Assembly (NCBI GenBank): GCA_963725865.1
Contig: CAVSAC010000012.1
Span: 96,001 to 160,000, forward strand
DNA length: 64,000 nucleotides
Direction: 5' to 3'
Source of the DNA: Candidatus Eiseniibacteriota bacterium
GTDB lineage: Bacteria; Eisenbacteria; RBG-16-71-46
Shown here: positions 55,871 to 64,000 of the stretch, one piece after another
How positions within the stretch are numbered: position 1 is the stretch's first letter
Layout of the letters: each line of letters begins with the position of its first letter
Notes under the pieces: generated by a model
Databases searched by the model: none
What the model was told of the DNA's origin: nothing
The model's input: the letters and a program-made list of their open reading frames with translations, nothing else
Position numbers and translations under genes: made by a program

Positions 55871-56658
55871 ATGAACCTCACGTTCGACCATGCGGTGATC
55901 GTAGTGCCCGCGCTCGACGAGGCCGTGCAACGCTACGCGGCGGCCGGCTTCGTGGTCACGCCCGGTGGCCGGCACGACGTGCTGCCCACCGCGAACGCGC
56001 TGGTGGCGTTCGCGGACGGCAGTTACCTGGAGTTGCTCGCGCCGCGCGACGAGGAGGCGCACGCCTCGCTGCGGCTGCGCAGCCAGCGACCGGGCTGGGC
56101 GGCCGGGTTGCGCCGCGGCTCGGCGATCGGGCGTCGCTTCCTCCCGCGCCTGGTGGGCCCGGCGGGCGTACGCGACCTGGTGCTGGCGGGCAACGGGCTC
56201 GCGCGCTTCGCCGCGGAGTCGCGGCGGCGCGGGTTCGTCATGACCGGGCCGGTCGCGATGTCGCGCGAGCGGCCGGACGGCGTGCGCCTGGAGTGGGCGC
56301 TGGTGCTGCCGGCCGCCGACGGGCTGCCGTTCCTGATCGAGGACCTCACGCCGCGCGCGTCCCGCGTGCCGTCCGATCCCGCGGCCTGCGCGCATCCGAA
56401 TCGAGCGCGCGGTGTGGCGGCGGTGACGGTACGGACCGCCGACGTGGCGGGGACGGCGCTGACCTACGCCGACCTGTTCGGCGCGACGCCGGTCGCCCGC
56501 GCCGACGGCAGCACCGCGCTCCAGCTCGCGGGGGTGCGATCGTGATCGTCGTCGGCGCCCCGGAGGGCGCGGCGGGCATCACCCTGCACGGCGTCGGCGC
56601 GCTTCCGGCCGCGATCGCCCAGGATGGCGTGAGCGGCGAATCCGTGGCGGGTGGCTGA
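55871..56658 (+). CDS. Glyoxalase-like (VOC) protein, apparent frameshift near 56537
   Basis: FDHAVI, PGGRH, YLEL, LPFLIED, HPN. Confidence 0.8.
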
Positions 56659-56792
56659 AAGCAGGCGCGCCGCGGCGGATCGAGTTGGGGGTTCCCTGAC
56701 GTTCGCGCCGGGTCACCACGCTAGTCTGCGCGCATTCGACCGCGGACCGCGCACCGGGATCGGCCCGGCGCGTTCCGCGCGCGAGCGAGCCC

Positions 56793-57935
56793 ATGACGCA
56801 TCCGACCGCGAGCCGTGCGAGCCACCGCGCGGGACACCTCGTGCTCGCCGCGGCGCTCGTCGTCGCGGTGTTCGCCGCCGACGTGGGCACCGGCACCGAG
56901 CTCTCGCTCTCGCTCTTCTACCTGTTCCCGGTCGGTTACACCGCGTGGTTCTGCGGACTCGGCCCGGCGCTCGCGATGGCCGTGATGGCCGGCGTCGGCT
57001 GGTACGCGGCCGCCACGCTGCCCTCGTCGCGACACCTGGTGCCGGCGTGGCTGATGCTGTGGAACGCCGCGATCGAATCGGGCGTCAATTCCGTGGTCGC
57101 GGCGGCGCTCGCCGGCATGCGGCGCGGCCTCGATCGCGAGCGCGCGTTGCACGGCGAGCTCGAGGCGGCGTGGCGGGGACTCGACCGCGAGCAGCAGGTG
57201 GTGGGGGCGCTCCAGCGCGGGCTGTTGCCGGCGCGGCCACCCGAGCTGCCCGGCTGGCGCATCGCGGTGCACTACGCGACCAGCACGCGGGCCGGCGGGG
57301 ACTACTACGACTTCTTCGCGCTCCCGGACGGCGCGCTCGGCGTGCTGGTGGCCGACGCCTCGGGACACGGCACCCCGGCCGCGGTGGTCATGGCGATGCT
57401 GAGGACGCTGCTCCACACCGAGCCGCCCACGCTCGCCGATCCGCGCACGGTGCTCACCACGCTCGACCGCCGGCTGAGCGGCAACCTGCCGCGGGGCCAC
57501 TTCGCGACCGCCTGCTGGGTCACGCTCGGTCCCTCCACCGGCGCGCTCGCCTATGCCCGCGCCGGTCACTGCCCGCCGCTGGTGCTGCGCGCCTCGGGTG
57601 TGGTCGAGCGGCTCGATGCCGGCGGCGGCCTGCCGCTCGGGCTCGACGTCGTCGTGCCGCGCTACGCGGACGGCGCGTCGAGCGAGCTCGCCGCCTGCGC
57701 GCTGGCGCCCGGGGACACGCTGCTGCTCTACACCGACGGACTGACCGAAGCGACCGCTCCCGATGCCGAGATGTTCGGCGAGGAGCGCGTGCGCGCGCTG
57801 CTGGCGGAACACGCGGGAGCCGATCCCACGCAACTGCTCGAGCTCCTGCTCGACGCCGTGGGCACTCACCGCCGCGGAGCCGAGCTCGCCGACGACCTCA
57901 CGGTGCTGGCACTCGGGCGACGACCGGCCGCCTGA
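56793..57935 (+). CDS. Membrane-anchored SpoIIE/PP2C phosphatase
   Basis: N-terminal TM region; LQRGLLP, GGDYYD, ADASGHG, AGH, YTDGLTE, DDLT. Confidence 0.9.
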   Translation: MTHPTASRASHRAGHLVLAAALVVAVFAADVGTGTELSLSLFYLFPVGYTAWFCGLGPALAMAVMAGVGWYAAATLPSSRHLVPAWLMLWNAAIESGVNSVVAAALAGMRRGLDRERALHGELEAAWRGLDREQQVVGALQRGLLPARPPELPGWRIAVHYATSTRAGGDYYDFFALPDGALGVLVADASGHGTPAAVVMAMLRTLLHTEPPTLADPRTVLTTLDRRLSGNLPRGHFATACWVTLGPSTGALAYARAGHCPPLVLRASGVVERLDAGGGLPLGLDVVVPRYADGASSELAACALAPGDTLLLYTDGLTEATAPDAEMFGEERVRALLAEHAGADPTQLLELLLDAVGTHRRGAELADDLTVLALGRRPAA

Positions 57936-57974
57936 GAGGTGCGCCCCACTCCGCCCGCGGCGCCCCGCCGCCGG

Positions 57975-58026
57975 CGTCTTGATGCCGTCTTGATGCCCGC
58001 GCCCCGCTTCCTGACCCGCGCCTGAC
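57975..58026 (+). promoter_or_regulatory. Tandem 11-bp direct repeats upstream of kdp (KdpE/OmpR-type operator candidate)
   Basis: CGTCTTGATGC x2 (57975-57996) and CCTGAC x2 spaced 11 bp (58010, 58021). Confidence 0.6.
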
Positions 58027-58073
58027 GGCCTTCGGTGCTCCAATGGTGACGGACCCGAGCAACGGAGGTCGTC

Positions 58074-58160
58074 ATGTCGGATCTGGGGTGGCTCGTGGTG
58101 TTGTTGATCTGCGTCGTGCTGGCACGGGCGCTCGTGCGCCTGTGCGAGCGGCTCATGTGA
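58074..58160 (+). CDS. 28-aa membrane peptide upstream of kdpF
   Basis: GGAGG RBS; MSDLGWLVVLLICVVLARALVRLCERLM. Confidence 0.65.
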   Translation: MSDLGWLVVLLICVVLARALVRLCERLM

Positions 58161-58167
58161 GGAGACG

Positions 58168-58257
58168 ATGACCCCACTGCATGTGATCGGCCTGTTGATC
58201 GCGATCGCGCTGATGGCGTACCTGGTGGTCGCGCTGCTGCGGCCGGAGCGCTTCTGA
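58168..58257 (+). CDS. kdpF: K+-transporting ATPase subunit F
   Basis: 29 aa ending YLVVALLRPERF; stop overlaps the kdpA start. Confidence 0.88.
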   Translation: MTPLHVIGLLIAIALMAYLVVALLRPERF

Positions 58258-60005
58258 TGACGCCGCGTGACGGATTCCAGGTCGTCCTGTACATGATCCT
58301 GCTGATCGCGTTCGCGGTGCCGCTCGGGCGGCTGTTCGCGGACGTGCTCGAGGGGCGGCGCACGTTCCTGACCCCGGTGCTCGGTGGCCTGGAGCGGCTG
58401 ATCTACCGTTTCGGCGGCGTCGACCCGCGCGGCGAGATGTCGTGGAAGCAGTACGCGCTCGCGATGCTCACGTTCAACGTGCTCGGCCTGCTCGTGGTCT
58501 ACCTGCTCCAGCGGCTGCAGGCGGTGCTGCCGCTGAATCCGGCGCACCTACCGGCAGTCGAGGCGGGCTCGGCGTTCAACACCGCGGTCTCGTTCGCGAC
58601 CAACACCAACTGGCAGGGCTACGCCGGCGAGGCGACGATGAGCCGCCTCACCCAGATGTTGGGCCTCGCGGTGCAGAACTTCGTCTCGGCGGCGACCGGC
58701 ATCGCGGTGCTGGCCGCGTTCATCCGCGGCCTCGCGCGGCACAGCGCCGCCACCCTGGGCGACTTCTGGGTCGACCTGACGCGCTCGACGCTCTACATCA
58801 TGCTGCCGCTGTCGGTCGTGCTGGCGGTCGTCCTCACGTCGCAGGGCGTCGTGCAGACGTTCGGGCCCGACCCGGTCGTGACGCTCGCACGCCCGACGCA
58901 CGACTCGGCAGGCCACGAGGTCACGACGCAGACCATCCCGGTGGGCCCGGTCGCCTCGCAGATCGCGATCAAGCAGCTCGGCACCAACGGCGGCGGCTAC
59001 TACAACGTGAACTCGTCGCATCCGCTCGAGAACACGACCCCGCTCTCGAACCTGCTCGAGATGCTGGCGATCCTGGTGATCGCGGCCGCGCTGTGCATCA
59101 CGTTCGGACGCATGGTGGGCGACACGCGCCAGGGATGGGCGATATTGGCCGCCATGACGCTGCTGTTCGTGGCGGTGCTGTCGGCCGGGCTGTGGGCCGA
59201 GACGCGCGGCAACCCGCACCTCGCCGCCCTCGGCGTCGACCAGTCGGTGGCGCGCGGTTCGATGGAGGGCAAGGAGACGCGCTTCGGGGTGGTGAACTCG
59301 GTGCTGTGGGCGAGCGCCACCACCGCGGCCTCGAACGGTTCGGTCAACTCCATGCACGACTCGTTCACGCCGCTCGGCGGGCTGGTGCCGATGGTGCTCA
59401 TGCAGCTCGGCGAGGTGGTGTACGGCGGCGTGGGCTCGGGGCTCTACGGCATGCTGGTGTTCGCCCTCGTCACGGTGTTCATGGCCGGACTGATGGTGGG
59501 GCGCACCCCGGAGTACCTGGGCAAGAAGATCGAGGCCTACGAGATGAAGATGGCCTCGCTGGTCATCCTGATCCCGCCCGCGCTGGTGCTGCTCGGCACC
59601 GCCTTCGCGGTGGTGGCGCCGGCGGGCGTGGCCACGCTCGGCAACCCCGGCGTGCACGGCTTCAGCGAGATCCTCTACGCGTTCTCGTCGGCGTCGAACA
59701 ACAACGGCAGCGCGTTCGCCGGGCTGGGCGCGAACACGCCGTTCTACAACCTGATGCTCGGCGTAGCGATGTTCTTCGCGCGCTACGCGCTGGCGATCCC
59801 GGTGCTGGCGCTGGCCGGCGCGCTCGCGCGCAAGAAGCGGGTGCCGCCCGGCCCCGGCACGCTGCCCACCCACACGCCGCTGTTCGTCGCGATGCTGATC
59901 GCCGTGGTGCTCATCGTCGGCGCGCTCACGTTCGTTCCCGCGCTGGCGCTCGGCCCGATCGTCGAGCACTTCATGCGGTCCGGCGCGATCGCGCTGCCGC
60001 ACTGA
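58257..60005 (+). CDS. kdpA: K+-transporting ATPase subunit A
   Basis: TNTNWQ, KQLGTNGGG, SNGSVN, GGVGSG, NNNGSAFAG. Confidence 0.97.
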   Translation: MTPRDGFQVVLYMILLIAFAVPLGRLFADVLEGRRTFLTPVLGGLERLIYRFGGVDPRGEMSWKQYALAMLTFNVLGLLVVYLLQRLQAVLPLNPAHLPAVEAGSAFNTAVSFATNTNWQGYAGEATMSRLTQMLGLAVQNFVSAATGIAVLAAFIRGLARHSAATLGDFWVDLTRSTLYIMLPLSVVLAVVLTSQGVVQTFGPDPVVTLARPTHDSAGHEVTTQTIPVGPVASQIAIKQLGTNGGGYYNVNSSHPLENTTPLSNLLEMLAILVIAAALCITFGRMVGDTRQGWAILAAMTLLFVAVLSAGLWAETRGNPHLAALGVDQSVARGSMEGKETRFGVVNSVLWASATTAASNGSVNSMHDSFTPLGGLVPMVLMQLGEVVYGGVGSGLYGMLVFALVTVFMAGLMVGRTPEYLGKKIEAYEMKMASLVILIPPALVLLGTAFAVVAPAGVATLGNPGVHGFSEILYAFSSASNNNGSAFAGLGANTPFYNLMLGVAMFFARYALAIPVLALAGALARKKRVPPGPGTLPTHTPLFVAMLIAVVLIVGALTFVPALALGPIVEHFMRSGAIALPH

Positions 60006-60028
60006 CACCCGTCGAGGAGGAATTCCAC

Positions 60029-62104
60029 GTGTCGTCCCGGCCCGGTGCACGTCCGCTGTTCGACCCGCCCATCGTGCGTCGCGCGATGCTCGATGCCGTG
60101 CTCAAGCTCGACCCGCGTCACCAGATCCGCAATCCGGTGATGTTCGTGGTGCTGGTGACCTCGGTGCTCACCACCGTGCTCGGCATCCAGGCGCTCGGCG
60201 GTCACGGCGAGGCGCCCGCGGGGTTCATCCTGAGCGTCGCGGTGTGGCTGTGGTTCACGGTGCTGTTCGCCAACTTCGCCGAGGCGATGGCCGAGGGGCG
60301 CGGCAAGGCGCAGGCCGACGCGTTGCGGCGCGCGCGCGGCCACGTGATGGCCAAGCTCCTGAGCGATCCGGCGGACCACCTGTCGATCTCGGTCGCCCCG
60401 TCGACCACGCTCAAGAAGGGCGACGTGTTCATCGTCGCACGCCGGCGACACCCTCGCCTCCGACGGCGAGGTGATCGAGGGCGTGGCCTCGGTCGACGAG
60501 AGCGCGATCACCGGCGAGAGCGCACCCGTGATCCGCGAGAGCGGCGGCGACCGCAGCGCGGTCACCGGCGGCACGCGCGTGCTGTCGGACTGGCTGGTCG
60601 TGCGCGTCACGGCCGAGCCGGGCGAGACGTTCCTCGACCGCATGATCGCCATGGTCGAGGGCGCCAAGCGCCAGAAGACGCCCGAACGAGATCGCGCTCG
60701 CGATCCTGCTCGCCGCGCTCACCATCGTGTTCCTGCTCGCGACCGCCACGCTGCTGCCGTTCTCGCTCTACGCGGTGCACAGCGCGGGCGCCGGCGCACC
60801 GATCACCGTCACGGTGCTGATGCGCGCTGCTGGTGTGCCTGATCCCCACCACGATCGGCGGCCTGCTGTCGGCGATCGGCATCGCCGGCATGGATCGCAT
60901 GACCCAGGCCAACGTGGTCGCGATGTCCGGCCGCGCCGTCGAGGCGGCCGGCGACGTGGACGTGCTGCTGCTCGACAAGACCGGCACCATCACGCTCGGC
61001 AACCGGCAGGCGACCGCGTTCCTGCCCGCCGACGGCGTGACCGAGGAGGCGCTCGCCGACGCCGCGCAGCTCGCCTCGCTCGCCGACGAGACGCCCGAGG
61101 GGCGCAGCATCGTGGTGCTCGCCAAGGAGCGCCACGGCATTCGCGAGCGCGACGTGCACGCGCTGGGCGCCACGTTCGTGCCGTTCTCCGCGCAGACCCG
61201 CATGAGCGGCGTGGACCTCGACGGCCGCCGCGTCCGCAAGGGCGCGGCCGACGCGGTCGAGGCGTTCGTGCGCGCGCAGGGCGGCGAGCTGCCGGCCGCG
61301 GTGCGCACGCGCGTCGAGAGCGTCGCGCGCGCCGGCGCGACGCCGCTGGTGGTGGCGGACGGCGCCCGGGTGCTCGGCGTCATCCAGCTCAAGGACATCG
61401 TCAAGGGCGGCATCCGCGAGCGCTTCCAGCAGCTGCGCAACATGGGCATCAAGACCGTGATGATCACCGGCGACAACCCGCTCACCGCCGCCGCCATCGC
61501 GGCCGAGGCCGGGGTCGACGACTTCCTCGCCGAGGCCACGCCGGAGGCCAAGCTCAAGCTGATCCGCGAGCAGCAGGCCGGCGGCCGCCTGGTGGCGATG
61601 ACCGGCGACGGCACCAACGACGCGCCGGCGCTCGCGCAGGCCGACGTCGCGGTGGCGATGAACAGCGGCACCCAGGCGGCGAAGGAGGCCGGCAACATGG
61701 TCGACCTCGACTCCAACCCGACCAAGCTGATCGAGATCGTCGAGACCGGCAAGCAGCTGCTGATGACGCGCGGCGCGCTGACGACGTTCAGCATCACGAA
61801 CGACGTCGCGAAGTACTTCGCGATCCTCCCGGCGGCGTTCGTGGCCACCTATCCGCCGCTGGCGGCGCTCAACGTCATGCGCCTGGCGACACCCGAGAGC
61901 GCCATCCTCTCCGCGGTGATCTTCAACGCGCTGATCATCGTCGCGCTGATCCCGCTGGCGCTGCGCGGCGTGCGCTACCGGCCGCTGGGTGCCGCAACCG
62001 TGCTGCGCCACCACCTGCTGATCTACGGCGTCGGCGGACTGATCGCGCCGTTCGTCGGGATCAAGCTCATCGACCTCGCGCTCGTCGCGCTCCATCTAAC
62101 GTAG
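60029..62104 (+). CDS. kdpB: K+-transporting P-type ATPase subunit B, about 3 apparent frameshifts
   Basis: [35 protein letters not shown]; frame changes near 60437, 60683 and 60822. Confidence 0.9.
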
Positions 62105-62113
62105 GAGGCTGTC

Positions 62114-62703
62114 GTGCGATTCGCCTTCCGTCCCGCGCTCGCGCTGCTGGTGGCGCTAACCCTCGTCACCGGCGTGCTGTATCCGCTTGTGGTCACCGGC
62201 ATCGGCATGGTGCTGTTCCCGCGCCCGTCGCGCGGCAGCCTGATCGTCGAGCACGGCGTCGTGCGCGGCTCGTCGCAGATCGGTCAGCCGTTCGACGCGC
62301 CGGGCGACTTTTGGGGCCGCCCGTCGGCGACCTCGCGCGTGCCGTACGACGCGGCGCTCTCGACCGGCTCGAACCTGGGGCCCCTGAACCCGGCCCTGAT
62401 CGACGCGGTGCGCGCGCGCGTCGCGGCGCTGCGGGCGGCGGACCCGACCAACCCCGCGCCGGTCCCGGTCGATCTGGTGACCGCCTCGGGCAGCGGGCTC
62501 GATCCGCACATCAGTCCGGCGGCGGCCGAGTACCAGGTGCCGCGGGTGGCGCGTGCGCGCGGACTCGACGAGGGGATGGTGCGCGCGCTGGTCGCCCAGG
62601 CACACGACGCCGCCGCAACTCGGCGTGCTGGGCGAGCCGGTGGTGAACGTCCTGCGAACTCAACCTGGCACTCGATGGGGAGGTCGAACGTGCGCGTCGG
62701 TGA
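62114..62703 (+). CDS. kdpC: K+-transporting ATPase subunit C, frameshifts near the 3' end
   Basis: [39 protein letters not shown] and ELNLALD lie in shifted frames. Confidence 0.88.
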
Positions 62704-63463
62704 ATGCCGCCCATTCGTGATCTGTCTGGTCGTGTCCGCGATGGTGGCCGGGGCGGCTTCCGCGTCGGCGACCCCATCCTCGACCGACTGGACCCCTGCG
62801 ACCACTGACGTCCAGGCCTTCCGAGTGCTGCACGTGGGCATCGACAACTACTTCACGACCTTCCGCACCGCCCGCGATGGCGCCGGGGACTTCCCGACCG
62901 ACGTGGGACTCACCGTCGGCGTGCTGCCCGTTCGAAAGGTGCAGATGGAGATCGGCATCGACACGCTCGAGCCGAGCGACCATCCGCTGTATTTCAATGC
63001 GAAGCTCGGAACGCCCGAGAACATCCTGTTCCGTGGCGCGCCGGCGTTGAGCGTTGGGGTGTTCAACGTGGGCACCGAGTCCGGCGCGACCGACCAGAAC
63101 ATCGTGCACGGCGTGCTGGGCAAGACGATCCCAGGCGTGTGCCGGCTGTTCGTGGGCGGCTACGTCGGCAACGATCGGGTGCTCGTCGACGCCCGGGGCG
63201 AGGCCGCGGGGTCGGGATTCATGCTGGGGTTCGACCGCGGTTTCCTGCCGGTGGGAGCCGCTGGCGGCGATTCGTTCAACCGTCTGGTCCTGGCGGGCGA
63301 CTTCGCCTCGGGCAAGAACGCATTCGGCGGCGGCGGGCTCGGACTCTACTACTACTTCTCGCCGAGCATCTCGCTGTTGACCGGGCCGGTGTGGTTCAAC
63401 GAGGAGGCCATCAACGGCGAGTGGAAGTGGACGACCCAGCTCGACGTGAACGCGCCGTTCTGA
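62690..63463 (+). CDS. Exported, probable outer-membrane protein downstream of kdpC
   Basis: GGGAGG RBS with GTG start, signal peptide ending ASA, Gly/aromatic-rich beta strands, terminal Phe. Confidence 0.65.
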   Translation: MRVGECRPFVICLVVSAMVAGAASASATPSSTDWTPATTDVQAFRVLHVGIDNYFTTFRTARDGAGDFPTDVGLTVGVLPVRKVQMEIGIDTLEPSDHPLYFNAKLGTPENILFRGAPALSVGVFNVGTESGATDQNIVHGVLGKTIPGVCRLFVGGYVGNDRVLVDARGEAAGSGFMLGFDRGFLPVGAAGGDSFNRLVLAGDFASGKNAFGGGGLGLYYYFSPSISLLTGPVWFNEEAINGEWKWTTQLDVNAPF

Positions 63464-63673
63464 GCGCCCGCGGCCGTTAGACGCCGCGCCGCCGCTCGCC
63501 GGGAGCTCGCTCGTCACGCTCCGCCCAAAGGACAGGTGCTCGGCGAGCCAGGGCATTTCACCGTTGCGGTCACCCCCCGACGTGCGATACGAGGAGGCGC
63601 TCGCTCGCGCGACGCGCGCTCGCGGGCGCCGGCGCGCCGTCACGGCCGCCGCCACACTCCCCGGGAGGTACCG

Positions 63674-64000
63674 ATGGCCCCCTCCATCGACGCGGACACC
63701 GGACGTCTGACCCCCGACGAGCTGCGCGAGGCGTGGCCGCTGCTGCTGCCCGAAGACCGCCTGGAGTCGTTCCACGCCCTCGACCCGGCGGTCGCGGACG
63801 ACTTCTTCCTGAGCCTCGGCACCAGCGGCCAGTCGAGCCTGCTGCTCTCGCTGCCGGAAGGGGAGCGGCGCCTGTGGCTGCGCCTGCTGCCGCCGGACGA
63901 CGCCGCGGACCTGATCCAGGCCGCCCCGTTCGTGGAGCGCGAGGCGCTGCTCGCGCTGCTCGACGAGCAGACCCGCCGCGACGTGCGCGGGCTGCTGGCG
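63674..64000 (+). CDS. mgtE: Magnesium transporter MgtE, N-terminal part (runs off window)
   Basis: GGAGG RBS; helical repeats LLPPDDAADLIQ...REALLALLD typical of MgtE_N. Confidence 0.7.
   Translation, partial: MAPSIDADTGRLTPDELREAWPLLLPEDRLESFHALDPAVADDFFLSLGTSGQSSLLLSLPEGERRLWLRLLPPDDAADLIQAAPFVEREALLALLDEQTRRDVRGLLA

Noticed and set aside
62114..63463. Apparent 449-aa KdpC-outer membrane protein fusion in the ORF track
   Set aside because: The conserved KdpC tail lies in other frames and the second gene has its own RBS and signal peptide, so this is a frameshift artefact
63464..63673. Possible M-box (ykoK) riboswitch upstream of mgtE
   Set aside because: GC-rich stems are present but I could not see the conserved M-box sequence blocks; an Rfam scan would be needed

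Overview
Very GC-rich bacterial window. FCB-type CTD remnants and a TolB/TPR kinase suggest an Eisenbacteria/FCB-like or acidobacterial host (inference only). In order it contains: (1) a ygeW/carbamate kinase pair divergent from a PLP-enzyme and exporter cluster; (2) PBP1B and an unusual L,D-transpeptidase(YkuD)-MurC/Mpl fusion; (3) a 12.5 kb composite transposon made of two direct IS256 copies, with a 9-bp target duplication GGACTGGCG at the outer ends only. Its cargo is a 2,6-dideoxysugar pathway with a GtrB-like GT2 and a GT-C-like membrane protein, an ACP/PPTase-like/SDR remnant and a truncated IS1380, and it sits in a decayed lower-GC island; (4) housekeeping and accessory genes (ispG, ettA, Ser/Thr kinase, acnA, PPi-type pfk); (5) a kdpFABC operon with tandem operator-like repeats and an extra outer-membrane gene, then the start of mgtE. 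The most notable non-coding signal is a pair of tandem hairpins with identical IRE-like CCUGUGU loops just upstream of the aconitase RBS. Many genes carry single-base frameshifts, probably assembly errors.
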